NCBI GenBank assembly: GCA_030148805.1
Contig: JASBSS010000030.1
Location: 18,258 to 42,257, forward strand
DNA length: 24,000 bases
Direction: 5' to 3'
DNA from: Thiogranum sp.
GTDB taxonomy: Bacteria > Pseudomonadota > Gammaproteobacteria > DSM-19610
The notes under the pieces are model-generated. The model made no database searches. It had not been told where the DNA came from and was given only the letters and a program-made list of their open reading frames with translations. Made by a program: the position numbers and the translations under genes. Positions 8,040 to 17,215 of this stretch are shown in pieces (positions within the stretch are counted from its first letter, which is position 1; every line of letters begins with the position of its first letter).

Positions 8040-10390
8040 AAACAAGCATAGTCGAGGTCGGAGGGCTATTGTCGACACTCAGTGCGCGCGGTGTGGAGAA
8101 GCAGCTTGCGAAGCTGCCGGGCGTGAAGAAGGTCGAGGTCAACTACGTGGCCGGCAGCGCCACCGTCACCTACGACGAAGCGGCGGTCGACCTCAAGGCG
8201 ATCAAGGCCCGCGTTCATGAGTGCGGTTACCACTGCCGCGGCGAACAGACACCGAAGCATGTGTGCGCAGCTGAGGATCCGCCAGCCGCGGTGGCCGTTG
8301 CCGAACATGAGCATGAAGGTCATGCAGTTCATGCCGGGCACGAGAAGGCCACCGAACGGGCCGGCGCCCGAGACGAGATGGCCCATGAAATGGGGCATGG
8401 CGGCGGCATGGACATGCAGGCCATGGTGCGCGACATGCGCAATCGTTTCTGGGTCTGTTTTATTTTTACCATTCCGATTTTCATCTATTCGCCCATGGGC
8501 GGGCTGTTCACGCCGCCGGCGCCGCCCTTCGGTCTGGATCTGAATGCCTGGCTGTTCCTGCTCGCCACCGTCGCGGTGATCTGGCCGAGCTGGCCGTTCT
8601 TCGTCGCTGCCTGGCGTGCGCTCAGAAACGGTGTGCTCAATATGGCGGTGCTGGTGGTGCTGTCGGTGGGCACCGGTTACCTGTTCAGTCTCGGTGCTAC
8701 CTTCCTGTTCGATGGCGTGCAGTTCTTCGAGGCAGTCGCGGTGTTGCTGGTGTTTATCCTGCTCGGACATTGGCTGGAGATGCGTGCCCGCGCCGGCGCC
8801 TCCGATGCTATCCGCTCGCTGATGGACCTTGCCCCGCCCAAGGCCGTGGTATTGCGCGACGGACAGGAGCTGGAGGTGCCGACGGCCGAGGTGTTGAAGG
8901 GCGACGTGGTAGTAATCCGCCCAGGCAACAAGATCCCGGTTGACGGCGAGGTGCTGGAGGGAGAGTCACAGGTAGACGAGTCCATGCTCACCGGCGAGTC
9001 CATGCCGGTAGCCAAGAAACCCGGCGATACAGTGATCGGAGCCACCATCAACAAGAGCGGCAGTTTCAAGTACCGCGCTACCAAGGTGGGTGCCGATACG
9101 GCGCTGGCGCAAATCGTCAAACTGGTGCAGGAGGCGCAGAACTCCAAGGCCCCGGCGCAACTGCTGGCGGACAAGGCTTCACAGTGGCTGGTGGTGATCG
9201 CCATCGTCATCGGTCTGCTTACCTTTGCGGTGTGGTTCTGGGGGCTCAGTGCGACATTACTATTCGCCGTGACCCTGACCATCACCGTGTTCGTCATCGC
9301 CTGCCCCGATGCCCTCGGACTCGCCACGCCCATGGCGGTGATGGTGGGTACCGGTCTCGGTGCCAAGAACGGCATCCTGTTCAAGAACGCCTCGGCGCTG
9401 GAGGATGCGACCAAGCTGGATGTAGTGGTGTTCGACAAGACCGGCACCCTGACCATGGGTGAGCCGCAGGTGGTGGAGGCCGTTGCCGCGGCGGACACCA
9501 GCCAGGATGCCGTGCTGGCGCTGGCCGCCACGGTGGAGCAGGGCTCGGATCATCCACTGGCACAGGCTATCCAGAAGCGGGCCGAGGGTTTGAAACTGGA
9601 ACCGCTCAGCGGCTTCGCCAATATCGAGGGCAAGGGAGCACGCGCCGAGGTGGGTGGCAAGAATGTGCTGCTCGGTAACCGCCGCCTGATGGACGAAGAA
9701 AAGATCGACATGGGGCGGTTAAAGGATGAGGCCGCGCGCCTGCAGGGCGCGGGCCAGACCGTGGTGCACGTTGCGCACGGTGGCAAGCTTACAGGATTGA
9801 TCGCAATCGCCGATGCGCCGCGGCCGACCGCGGCGGCCATGGTAAATAAGATGCGCGAGCGCGGTGTGGAGGTGGCCATGCTCACCGGCGACAATCAGGC
9901 CACCGCTGAACGCATCGCCGGGGAACTCGGCATCACCACCGTCATCGCCGACGTGTTGCCGGGGCAGAAGGCGGACAAGATCAAGGAACTGCAAGGGCAG
10001 GGCAAGAAGGTGGGCATGGTGGGCGACGGCGTCAACGACGCCCCAGCGCTGACCCAGGCCGAAGTGGGTTTTGCTATCGGTGCCGGCACCGACGTGGCCA
10101 TGGAATCGGCCGACGTGGTGCTGATGAAGAGCGATCCCTATGATGTTCTGGGCGCGATTGAATTATCACGCGCGACCCTGCGCAAGATGCACCAGAACCT
10201 GTTCTGGGCGGTGGCCTACAACGTCATCGCCTTTCCCGCAGCCGCCGGGGTGTTCTACCCGCTGGTGATCAGCCCCGAGGTGGCGGCGCTGGCTATGTCT
10301 GGCAGCTCGGCGCTGGTGGCGGTGAACGCGCTGCTGCTCAAACGCACCCGGCTGGAGGGCATTCGCCAGGTCAGGGCAAGCGGAACATGA
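8036..10390 (+). CDS. P1B-type heavy-metal (copper-like) translocating P-type ATPase with atypical CPD transmembrane motif
   Basis: 784 aa; ATG at 8036 overlaps the fba stop (ATGA), with AGGAGA at 8023-8028. Core motifs: [24 protein letters not shown] and [12 protein letters not shown] signatures are YNVIAFP and P-x6-MSGSS. The TM4 motif reads [12 protein letters not shown] (codons 9302-9310) instead of CPC or CPH. The N-terminal HMA-like fold has STLS (8072-8083) where CxxC is expected. A His/Met-rich linker follows: [15 protein letters not shown]...[14 protein letters not shown]. Confidence 0.88.
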   Translation: MKTSIVEVGGLLSTLSARGVEKQLAKLPGVKKVEVNYVAGSATVTYDEAAVDLKAIKARVHECGYHCRGEQTPKHVCAAEDPPAAVAVAEHEHEGHAVHAGHEKATERAGARDEMAHEMGHGGGMDMQAMVRDMRNRFWVCFIFTIPIFIYSPMGGLFTPPAPPFGLDLNAWLFLLATVAVIWPSWPFFVAAWRALRNGVLNMAVLVVLSVGTGYLFSLGATFLFDGVQFFEAVAVLLVFILLGHWLEMRARAGASDAIRSLMDLAPPKAVVLRDGQELEVPTAEVLKGDVVVIRPGNKIPVDGEVLEGESQVDESMLTGESMPVAKKPGDTVIGATINKSGSFKYRATKVGADTALAQIVKLVQEAQNSKAPAQLLADKASQWLVVIAIVIGLLTFAVWFWGLSATLLFAVTLTITVFVIACPDALGLATPMAVMVGTGLGAKNGILFKNASALEDATKLDVVVFDKTGTLTMGEPQVVEAVAAADTSQDAVLALAATVEQGSDHPLAQAIQKRAEGLKLEPLSGFANIEGKGARAEVGGKNVLLGNRRLMDEEKIDMGRLKDEAARLQGAGQTVVHVAHGGKLTGLIAIADAPRPTAAAMVNKMRERGVEVAMLTGDNQATAERIAGELGITTVIADVLPGQKADKIKELQGQGKKVGMVGDGVNDAPALTQAEVGFAIGAGTDVAMESADVVLMKSDPYDVLGAIELSRATLRKMHQNLFWAVAYNVIAFPAAAGVFYPLVISPEVAALAMSGSSALVAVNALLLKRTRLEGIRQVRASGT

Positions 10391-11550
10391 AGGGCGAGGT
10401 GTTCTGGCGCTCGCCACAGGTAGCGGGTCTGGTGACGGTGGCGGCCATGCTGCTGGCCTTCGTGCTGGTCAATTCCCCTGCAGAGAGTTGGTACGGGCAG
10501 GTGCATCACCTGACCTTGCTGGTCCAGGTGGGCGAATTCAGCATCAACAAGCCAATGATCCTGTGGATCAACGACGGCTTGATGGTGTTTTTCTTCTTGC
10601 TCATCGCCCTGGAGCTCAAGCGCGAGGTGCTGGAAGGCGAGCTGTCTTCGCTCAAGTCCCTCGCCGCGCCGGGTTTTGCTGCGCTGGGTGGCATGCTGGC
10701 ACCGGCACTTATCTATGCCTCACTGAACACCGGCGATTCGCTGGCCATGCGTGGCTGGGCGATCCCCGTCGCCACCGACGCCGTACTGGCATTGACCGTG
10801 CTGATTCTGCTCGGCAGCCGGGTACCTGCCTCGCTCAAGGTGTTTCTGACGGCCCTGGCGATCTTCGACGACCTGGGCGCGATCCTGGTCATCGCGCTGT
10901 TCTATACCGAAGGGCTCGCCACGTCCTCGCTGCTGCTGGCGGGCCTCGGAATTGCGGTGCTGGTGCTGTTTAATTATTACAAGGTCACGCAGGTTGCGGC
11001 CTACGTCATCGTCGGTGTGTTCCTGTGGCTTGCCGTGCTCAAGTCCGGCGTGCACGCGACCATCGCCGGTGTTGCCATCGGCCTGGCGATCCCGATGCAG
11101 GTCAGCCGGGATGGGAAATCCTGGTCGCCGATAAAAGAGACGGAACACGCGCTGTATCCCTGGGTCGCGCTGGGGGTCGTGCCGGTGTTCGCCTTTTTCA
11201 ACGCCGGCATCCCCCTGTCTGTCGCGGTGCTCGACACGCTGGCCTCGCCGATCTCGGTTGGCATTATGCTGGGGTTGTTTGTCGGCAAACAAATTGGTGT
11301 GTTCGGCGCGACCTGGCTGGCCGTGCGCCTTGGCCTGGCGCAGCTGCCCCACGCCGCCGGCTGGTGGCACATTTATGGCGTGGCGATGATCGCCGGGATC
11401 GGCTTCACTATGAGCCTGTTCATCGCCGGACTGGCGTTCTCCGATCCGGAAACCTTCCGCAGTGCGCGGCTGAGCGTGGTGGTCGGTTCGGTAATTTCCG
11501 CCTTTGTCGGTGCCGCCGTGTTGTGGTGGGCTGGGCGCGGACGCCGCTGA
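10387..11550 (+). CDS. nhaA: Na+/H+ antiporter NhaA
   Basis: 387 aa; ATG at 10387 overlaps the ATPase stop (ATGA). Motifs: [32 protein letters not shown], and [16 protein letters not shown] containing the paired Asp equivalent to E. coli D163/D164. Confidence 0.9.
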   Translation: MKGEVFWRSPQVAGLVTVAAMLLAFVLVNSPAESWYGQVHHLTLLVQVGEFSINKPMILWINDGLMVFFFLLIALELKREVLEGELSSLKSLAAPGFAALGGMLAPALIYASLNTGDSLAMRGWAIPVATDAVLALTVLILLGSRVPASLKVFLTALAIFDDLGAILVIALFYTEGLATSSLLLAGLGIAVLVLFNYYKVTQVAAYVIVGVFLWLAVLKSGVHATIAGVAIGLAIPMQVSRDGKSWSPIKETEHALYPWVALGVVPVFAFFNAGIPLSVAVLDTLASPISVGIMLGLFVGKQIGVFGATWLAVRLGLAQLPHAAGWWHIYGVAMIAGIGFTMSLFIAGLAFSDPETFRSARLSVVVGSVISAFVGAAVLWWAGRGRR

Positions 11551-11590
11551 CGGCCGGTTAACAGTTTGTTATCTAAAGGAGGTCAAGGTT

Positions 11591-12151
11591 ATGAAAACTG
11601 TCATCGTCACCCTGGGTATTATCGTCACGCTGGCGATTTCCACGGCGCTTGCCGTGATGTATACGGGGTTGTTCAATGTGGCCACGGACTGGAAAGACCC
11701 GGCCTGGCTCAGGTGGGTGCTGGTCACGACCCGGGAGAGTTCAATCGAGCGCCGCGCGCAGGCGTTGCAGGCGCCGGCCGAACTCGGTGACCCGCAGCGT
11801 ATCGCACGCGGCTTTGGCGCCTTTCGCGATATGTGCGCCATCTGTCATACCCTGCCCGGTGACGATCCGACACCACTAACACGCGGGCTCAATCCAGCGC
11901 CACCAGACCTTGCGAAAGGGGAAGGGCATATGTCGGAAACGGAGGTATTCTGGGTGATCAAGAACGGTATTCGCATGACCGGCATGCCGGCCTGGCATCC
12001 GTCACACAGCGAAGGGGAACTGTGGGATATCGTTGCCTTTATCAAGGTGTTGCCGGACATGCGTGTCGAAGAGATCGACTTGTTGAAACAACGCTATCCA
12101 ACGCCTTCGGGACAAGGTGCCGAACCCGCGCACGCACCTTCGCCGCATTGA
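11591..12151 (+). CDS. membrane-anchored monoheme c-type cytochrome
   Basis: ATG at 11591 follows AAGGAGG at 11577-11583. There is an N-terminal TM anchor (VIVTLGIIVTLAISTALAV) and a single CAICH heme-binding site. Downstream, GIRMTGMPAW is a plausible Met ligand region. The track ORF 11504..12151 is the same frame extended into the nhaA 3' end. Confidence 0.75.
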   Translation: MKTVIVTLGIIVTLAISTALAVMYTGLFNVATDWKDPAWLRWVLVTTRESSIERRAQALQAPAELGDPQRIARGFGAFRDMCAICHTLPGDDPTPLTRGLNPAPPDLAKGEGHMSETEVFWVIKNGIRMTGMPAWHPSHSEGELWDIVAFIKVLPDMRVEEIDLLKQRYPTPSGQGAEPAHAPSPH

Positions 12152-12236
12152 GTGCTTGGATCGTGAGGTATAAAAGCAGAGCAAGCGTTTGGATCGAGTC
12201 CGTAGTAGGGCAAACGAATCTAGACGCGAGGGTGCA

Positions 12237-13469
12237 GTGAGCGTGCGGCGACACGACGGGCTGGCGACTTTACCGTTCTTTTTGCTCATGGCGGCGGTGT
12301 TTGCCGTGTATGTGGGTTACGGCATCGTGCTGCCGGTGCTGCCGTTCCTGCTGGAATCGCTGCTGGGCGCTAGTGCACGTTTTTCGGTTGCCTGGCACAC
12401 CGGCATGATCGCGGCGATCTACATGTTCGCGCTGTTCGTGGGCGCGCCGCTGTGGGGAAAAGTCTCCGACCGTATCGGACGCCGGCCGGTAATCCTGCTG
12501 GGCTTAGGTGGTTGCGTCCTGGCGCTGGCGACCTTCGGCCTGGCGGCGAATCTTTGGGTGGCCTACCTGGCTCGCGCTCTCGCGGGGGGGCTGGTCTCCG
12601 CTGTCTTGCCCGTGGCCCTGGCCTATATCAGTGATACCAGCGCACCGGAGGCGCGAGCGCGTCGCTTCGCCTGGATGACCGCGGCCACCACGCTTGGGTT
12701 TATGGCAGGACCGTTACTGGGTGGCTGGCTCGCTGGGATGCCGGCCGGTATATGGGGGCAGGCGGGAGGTGGCGGTTCGTTGTCGGCAGGGTTTTTCACC
12801 GCCGCCGCCGGTGGCGCCGTGATCTGGCTGGCGGTTTGGCGCAGGCTGCCAGGGATCCCGCCGCCGGTAAACACAGCGGCGCATACGCAGTGTCTGCCGG
12901 ATGAACGAAATACAAAGTCGGTGAATGTGCTGCTGTTGCTGGCGCTGCTTGGCATGTTCGGTCTGGGCGCTTTCGAAGTTGCGATTGCCCTGCAGGGCCA
13001 GCAGGTGTTGGGGCTCGATCCGTTGCAGATCGGGCTGATATTCATGGAATGCAGCCTGGTCATGGTCGCGGTGCAGGTGCTGGTGTTCTCGCCATTGGTG
13101 CGGCGCACTGGATTTCGCTTTATCGTCGCGCCCGCCTTTCTGGCGATGGCGGTGGGGGTAGGGCTGTTGCCTCTGGTGAGCGATCCAGGCTGGATTATGC
13201 TGTTGGTCGGGTTGTTCGCCGCCGGATCGGGCATCCTGATTCCGATGCTGGCCTACCGCGTGTCCCTGGATGCCGGACCGGCCCAGGGCGCGGCGCTGGG
13301 CAAGCAGACTGCGGCCGCCGCCCTGGGACAGGGCCTTGGTTCGGCTGCGGCCGGCTGGTTGTATGGCATTACCATCGATGCGCCGTTCTGGTTCACGGCG
13401 GCCTTATTATTGAGTGGGTTGCTGGTCAGCATGGTGATGCGACAGCGCGACCGGTTTACTCTCAACTAA
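12237..13469 (+). CDS. MFS transporter (drug/H+ antiporter-like)
   Basis: Twelve-TM-like hydrophobic pattern. MFS motif A is GKVSDRIGRRPVILLGL, between TM2 and TM3. The start is uncertain. GTG at 12237 lies 5 nt after GAGG at 12228-12231. The longest ORF starts at TTG 12189. Confidence 0.78.
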   Translation: MSVRRHDGLATLPFFLLMAAVFAVYVGYGIVLPVLPFLLESLLGASARFSVAWHTGMIAAIYMFALFVGAPLWGKVSDRIGRRPVILLGLGGCVLALATFGLAANLWVAYLARALAGGLVSAVLPVALAYISDTSAPEARARRFAWMTAATTLGFMAGPLLGGWLAGMPAGIWGQAGGGGSLSAGFFTAAAGGAVIWLAVWRRLPGIPPPVNTAAHTQCLPDERNTKSVNVLLLLALLGMFGLGAFEVAIALQGQQVLGLDPLQIGLIFMECSLVMVAVQVLVFSPLVRRTGFRFIVAPAFLAMAVGVGLLPLVSDPGWIMLLVGLFAAGSGILIPMLAYRVSLDAGPAQGAALGKQTAAAALGQGLGSAAAGWLYGITIDAPFWFTAALLLSGLLVSMVMRQRDRFTLN

Positions 13470-13525
13470 GTGTCTACGATGTTGCATTTATAGTAGTGGA
13501 ATGACCAAATCGAAAAACTGGATGC

Positions 13526-14713
13526 ATGATGGAGCAAGCTGTACTTACAAGTATCATTGGTCTTCTCGCCGCCTCTGTGGCGTTGCTGGCCGTGTTCGAA
13601 CGCATCGGGCTGCCGATTTTACTGGCTTATCTTTTGGTAGGGATCGTTCTGGGCCCGGCTGGTTTTTCCTGGATTCCTCATACCCAGACTCTACATTTTC
13701 TTGCCGAGTTCGGGGTAGTGCTGCTGCTATTCACCATCGGACTGGAATTCTCCCTTGGCAAGCTCTGGACGCTACGAAAACATGTGTTCGGACTCGGTGC
13801 GGCTCAGGTCCTGGTAACTGCCGTAATCGGCGCGCTGTTGGCCTGGGCGCTGGGACTTGCCCCGGGCGCGGCTTTTGTGGTGGGTGGGGCGCTGGCATTA
13901 TCCTCGACGGCGGTGGTATCGCGCGAACTCAGTCGCAGGGAGGAACTCGGACAGCCGCACGGTCGCCTGTCGATTGCGATCTTGATCTTTCAGGATCTGG
14001 CCGTGGTTCCCTTCCTGATCCTGATCCCCGTATTGGCGGGCGATTCGGAGAACGGTGTTTGGGCCGCAATCAGCCAGGCATTACTGGTCGGTGCCATTGT
14101 CATCGCGCTGATGATGGCGGCGGGCCGTTGGTTGTTGCGGCCGCTGTTTCGGCGCATTGCCGATCGGGGTTCTGAGGAGTTGTTCACGCTGACGGCACTG
14201 CTGTTTGCACTTGGGGCGGCATGGATCACCGAGTTCGCTGGGTTGTCGCTGGCCCTGGGGTCTTTTCTCGCCGGTGTGATGCTCAGCGAGACCGAGTACA
14301 GGCATCGCCTCAGAGATGAGATCCGTCCGTTTCGCGATGTACTCCTGGGGTTCTTTTTCGTGGTAATCGGCATGATGCTGGACCTGGACGCGGTGATGAC
14401 ACTGTTGCCGTGGGTACTGCTGGCGTTGACCCTGTTGCTGTTGGTGAAGACGGTGACCACCACCCTCCTCGGACGATTGTTCAGCGTGCCTCGCGGGGTG
14501 GCCATGCATACGGCGTTGCTGCTGTCCCAGGGCGGCGAGTTCGGATTGGTGCTGGTGTTGCTGGCAGCCAAAGAGGGTCTGCTCGGATCCTCTGTCGAGC
14601 AGCTGGTTCTGGGCACGATCATCCTGAGTATTGCGCTGACACCATTGCTGGTCGTTTGGGCGGGTCCGCTGTCACGCAAGGTCTGTTTTCGCGATATTGG
14701 GGTAGGCAATTGA
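13526..14713 (+). CDS. monovalent cation:proton antiporter, CPA2 (Kef-type) family, membrane domain only
   Basis: 395 aa. The N-terminus LLAYLLVGIVLGPAGFSWI...FLAEFGVVLLLFTIGLEFS and SIAILIFQDLAVVPFLILIP are typical Na_H_Exchanger/KefB-like signatures. I could not recognise a C-terminal KTN/TrkA-N Rossmann motif. Confidence 0.8.
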   Translation: MMEQAVLTSIIGLLAASVALLAVFERIGLPILLAYLLVGIVLGPAGFSWIPHTQTLHFLAEFGVVLLLFTIGLEFSLGKLWTLRKHVFGLGAAQVLVTAVIGALLAWALGLAPGAAFVVGGALALSSTAVVSRELSRREELGQPHGRLSIAILIFQDLAVVPFLILIPVLAGDSENGVWAAISQALLVGAIVIALMMAAGRWLLRPLFRRIADRGSEELFTLTALLFALGAAWITEFAGLSLALGSFLAGVMLSETEYRHRLRDEIRPFRDVLLGFFFVVIGMMLDLDAVMTLLPWVLLALTLLLLVKTVTTTLLGRLFSVPRGVAMHTALLLSQGGEFGLVLVLLAAKEGLLGSSVEQLVLGTIILSIALTPLLVVWAGPLSRKVCFRDIGVGN

Positions 14714-14752
14714 GTTTCATTACATGGCAAATAACCCAGGGAGGACACGACC

Positions 14753-15262
14753 ATGGGGCTTGGCCGTAAAAAGCTGAAAGACCCGGTGTGCAAGATGCTG
14801 GTGGCGCCGGATCAGCATGCGATCAACTATCAGGGCATGGATTTCGCCTTCTGCTCGCTGCAGTGCAAGGAGCGGTTTCTGGCCAACCCGCACCTGTATA
14901 TCGGCGTGCCGGGCGAGCAAGCGCCGAAACAGGCCGGGGAGGATATCATCAAGCGCCGTCGCCTGCGTCTCGATCAACCTTTGTCGGCGTCGGCGGTGCA
15001 GCAAGTCACCGAGCAACTCCAGGCCATGATGGGCGTGTACACGGTAGACATCGATGCGAACGAGCTGACCATCACCTACGACCTGCTGCAGGCGACGGCC
15101 GAGCAGATCGAGACGAGCCTGCAACATGCAGGCGCCCGTCTGGGCGATGGCTGGGGTGAGCGGCTACGACGGGCATTTGTCCACTATCTGGAAGAGAGCG
15201 AAGTGGCGAGCCGCGAGGTGCAGCCCGGCCCGCATGGGCACGGGGGCCATCACCATGGCTGA
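14753..15262 (+). CDS. YHS/TRASH-domain metal-binding protein with Cys-less HMA-like domain and His-rich tail
   Basis: ATG at 14753 follows GGGAGGA at 14739-14745. The YHS signature is DPVCKMLV...GMDFAFCSLQCKERFLANP. The middle region (RLRLDQPLSASAVQQVTEQLQAMMGVYTVDIDANELTITYD) looks like an HMA ferredoxin fold with SASA where CxxC is expected. The C-terminus is GPHGHGGHHHG. Confidence 0.7.
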   Translation: MGLGRKKLKDPVCKMLVAPDQHAINYQGMDFAFCSLQCKERFLANPHLYIGVPGEQAPKQAGEDIIKRRRLRLDQPLSASAVQQVTEQLQAMMGVYTVDIDANELTITYDLLQATAEQIETSLQHAGARLGDGWGERLRRAFVHYLEESEVASREVQPGPHGHGGHHHG

Positions 15263-15310
15263 TGGCGGTGGTGTAGAGGGCATGTTTTACGGGCCCTGGA
15301 TCGCAGGATC

Positions 15311-16495
15311 GTGACGCAACAGCCAGACAGCCGCATGCAAGGCTGTGCGTCCGGGCGCCCGCCAGTCTTGACGTCACAGATCGTACCGGCAATGAGCACG
15401 CCGCTGGCATCCATTTTCGGCAGTGGTTTTCTGGTCATCGTCCCCGTGTTGGCGAGCGCTGTAGGACCGTATGCGGTGTGGGCGATGCTGGCGGTGGCCT
15501 TTGTCGCGTTTCATACCGGTGCCATCGTGCGGCACAATATCCTCTGCGCCGAACCGGTGCTGGCGGCGGGCAACAGGCGCACGACGTTGTTACTGGAACG
15601 GCTGTCCGATGTGGCGCTGGTGGCGGCCTATGTTGTCTCCGTGTGCCTCTACATCCATATCCTCAGCGCTTTCGTGCTCGGTGCCTTCGAGCTGGATTCG
15701 GGTTTCAACAAGAGCCTGCTCACCACGCTGGTGATCGGATTGATTAGCGTCATCGGCATCCTGGGTGGACTGAAACCACTGGAACATCTGGAGCGCTGGG
15801 CGCTGTACGTCACCCTGTTGATCCTGGCACTGCTGCTGATCGGCTTTGCTGTTTACGACGCACGGCTTTATCTGAACACCGGCCAGTTCGCGCTGCCGGC
15901 ACTGCCGCAACGCTCCGGCTGGGAGATGCTGACCATCGTCGCCGGCACGCTGATCGTGGTGCAGGGTTTCGAGACCCCGCGCTATCTCGGCCACCGCTTC
16001 GACACCTTGACCCGCATCCGCGCCTCGCGCTGGTCACAATACATTTCCCTTGCAGTGTACGTCGCTTTCGTGGCCCTGGCGCTGCCCCTTGTGCCGTTGC
16101 TGAACGGAGAGTACGCCGACAACAGCCTCATTCGGCTGGCGGCGGCGGCTTCGGTGCTGCTATCGGTGCCGCTGGTTCTCGCCGCCGGCCTGTCGCAGTT
16201 CTCCGCCGCGGTGGCGGACACCTTAGCCGCCGCCGCGAACCTCGAAGAAGTTACGCAGCGGCGTTTCGCTGAGCGCTGGGGCTATCTGCTGGTAGGTGGC
16301 GCGGCCATGGTGCTGGCCTGGACGGGTTCGACTTTCACGGTGCTCGTGCTAGCATCCAAGGCCTTCGCCCTGTACTACCTGCTGCAATGCCTGGTGGGCC
16401 TGACGGTGTGCCGCAACCACCGTGAGCGGGTGCGTTTTTTTCTGGTAGCGTTGGCGTTGGGGTTTGTGCTGTTGTTTGCCGTACCGGCGGGGTAG
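15311..16495 (+). CDS. polytopic inner-membrane protein of unknown function
   Basis: The long ORF has at least 9 hydrophobic segments and no motif I can assign. The start is ambiguous among GTG 15311, ATG 15335 and ATG 15392, none with a convincing Shine-Dalgarno sequence. Confidence 0.55.
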   Translation: MTQQPDSRMQGCASGRPPVLTSQIVPAMSTPLASIFGSGFLVIVPVLASAVGPYAVWAMLAVAFVAFHTGAIVRHNILCAEPVLAAGNRRTTLLLERLSDVALVAAYVVSVCLYIHILSAFVLGAFELDSGFNKSLLTTLVIGLISVIGILGGLKPLEHLERWALYVTLLILALLLIGFAVYDARLYLNTGQFALPALPQRSGWEMLTIVAGTLIVVQGFETPRYLGHRFDTLTRIRASRWSQYISLAVYVAFVALALPLVPLLNGEYADNSLIRLAAAASVLLSVPLVLAAGLSQFSAAVADTLAAAANLEEVTQRRFAERWGYLLVGGAAMVLAWTGSTFTVLVLASKAFALYYLLQCLVGLTVCRNHRERVRFFLVALALGFVLLFAVPAG

Positions 16496-16505
16496 GGAGA
16501 AGGAT

Positions 16506-17168
16506 ATGACGGGTGTTGGCAACCAGGCTAGCGACGGGTGCAGTGAGCCGGCCTTTTCGCCCGCGGTGAGATGGTTCGGGCTGCTGGGTCTGGTGGGTCT
16601 GGTTGCGTTTGCGTCATCGCTCATTGTTCTGCACCTGACGAGCAGCAACATTGACTTGATGGATCATTATGTCAGTAACCTGGCCAACCAACCGCTCGGC
16701 TGGGTCTTCATGGCCGGAGCCTTTGTGCATGGCTGGGGCAACCTGGCCTTGACCCTCGGTCTGCGCGCTGCGCTAAACCCGGGAGGGCTGCGGACCTGGG
16801 CGGTTCTGCTGTTTGGTCTGGCTGCTTTGGGCATTCTGCTGGCGGCGGTGTTTCCTATCGATGCCCCCGATCAAGTCCCCGGCGTGAGCGGACGCATCCA
16901 CCGCTCGGCGGCCAGTGCCACCTTTGCGCTCGAACTCGCCGCGCTGTTTGTGTTCTCGTCAGCATTCGGTCGCGACCGTCGCTGGCGCAGGCAAAGGGTC
17001 GTCTCTCTGGTGCTTGCAGTTTGCGCGACGGTGGCAATCATTAGCTTCGTCATCGCCATTCAATTGGATGTGGCGCCAGGTCTGGCGGAGCGTATCGCGA
17101 TGCTGGTTTTACTGGTATGGGAGATTTGGGTCAGTATTCAATTAATCCGAACCGGGAGGCGCGTATAG
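16506..17168 (+). CDS. membrane protein, DUF998-like
   Basis: ATG at 16506 follows GGGAGAAGGA at 16495-16504. The 220-aa product has about 6 hydrophobic segments (LLGLVGLVAFASSLIVL; WVFMAGAFVHGWGNLALTLGL; WAVLLFGLAALGILLAAVF ...). The family call is tentative and from memory. Confidence 0.45.
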   Translation: MTGVGNQASDGCSEPAFSPAVRWFGLLGLVGLVAFASSLIVLHLTSSNIDLMDHYVSNLANQPLGWVFMAGAFVHGWGNLALTLGLRAALNPGGLRTWAVLLFGLAALGILLAAVFPIDAPDQVPGVSGRIHRSAASATFALELAALFVFSSAFGRDRRWRRQRVVSLVLAVCATVAIISFVIAIQLDVAPGLAERIAMLVLLVWEIWVSIQLIRTGRRV

Positions 17169-17215
17169 TTATGGTGGCGCCATAAGAGGGTTATGTCGAA
17201 GGCTTAAGCCCGGCA

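Noticed and set aside
12158-12166. The 9-mer GGATCGTGA occurs in two intergenic regions (12158-12166 upstream of the MFS gene, 15306-15314 upstream of the unknown membrane protein). Each has a second nearby (T)GGATCG copy (12191-12196, 15298-15303).
   Set aside because: A rough expectation for a shared 9-mer among ~1 kb of intergenic sequence is about one by chance. Spacing and orientation differ between the two sites. That is not enough to call a regulatory motif.
13501-14175. A 224-aa ORF (13501..14175, +) overlapping the start of the Kef-type gene in another frame.
   Set aside because: Its translation is Gly/Arg/Cys-rich and low in complexity with no motifs. The overlapping frame has clear CPA2 signatures.
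13526-14713. Possible 3' truncation of the Kef-type antiporter, which has no KTN/TrkA-N domain.
   Set aside because: CPA2 members consisting of the membrane domain alone (~380-400 aa) are common. The ORF ends cleanly and is followed by a gene with a good RBS. I see no evidence for a lesion.
17169-17210. Two small palindromes in the 47-nt gap between the convergent DUF998-like and cti genes: TTATGG-TGGCG-CCATAA (17169-17185) and GGCTTAAGCC (17201-17210).
   Set aside because: The stems are only 5-6 bp, partly AT-rich, and have no flanking U-tract on either strand. They are too weak to annotate as an intrinsic bidirectional terminator.
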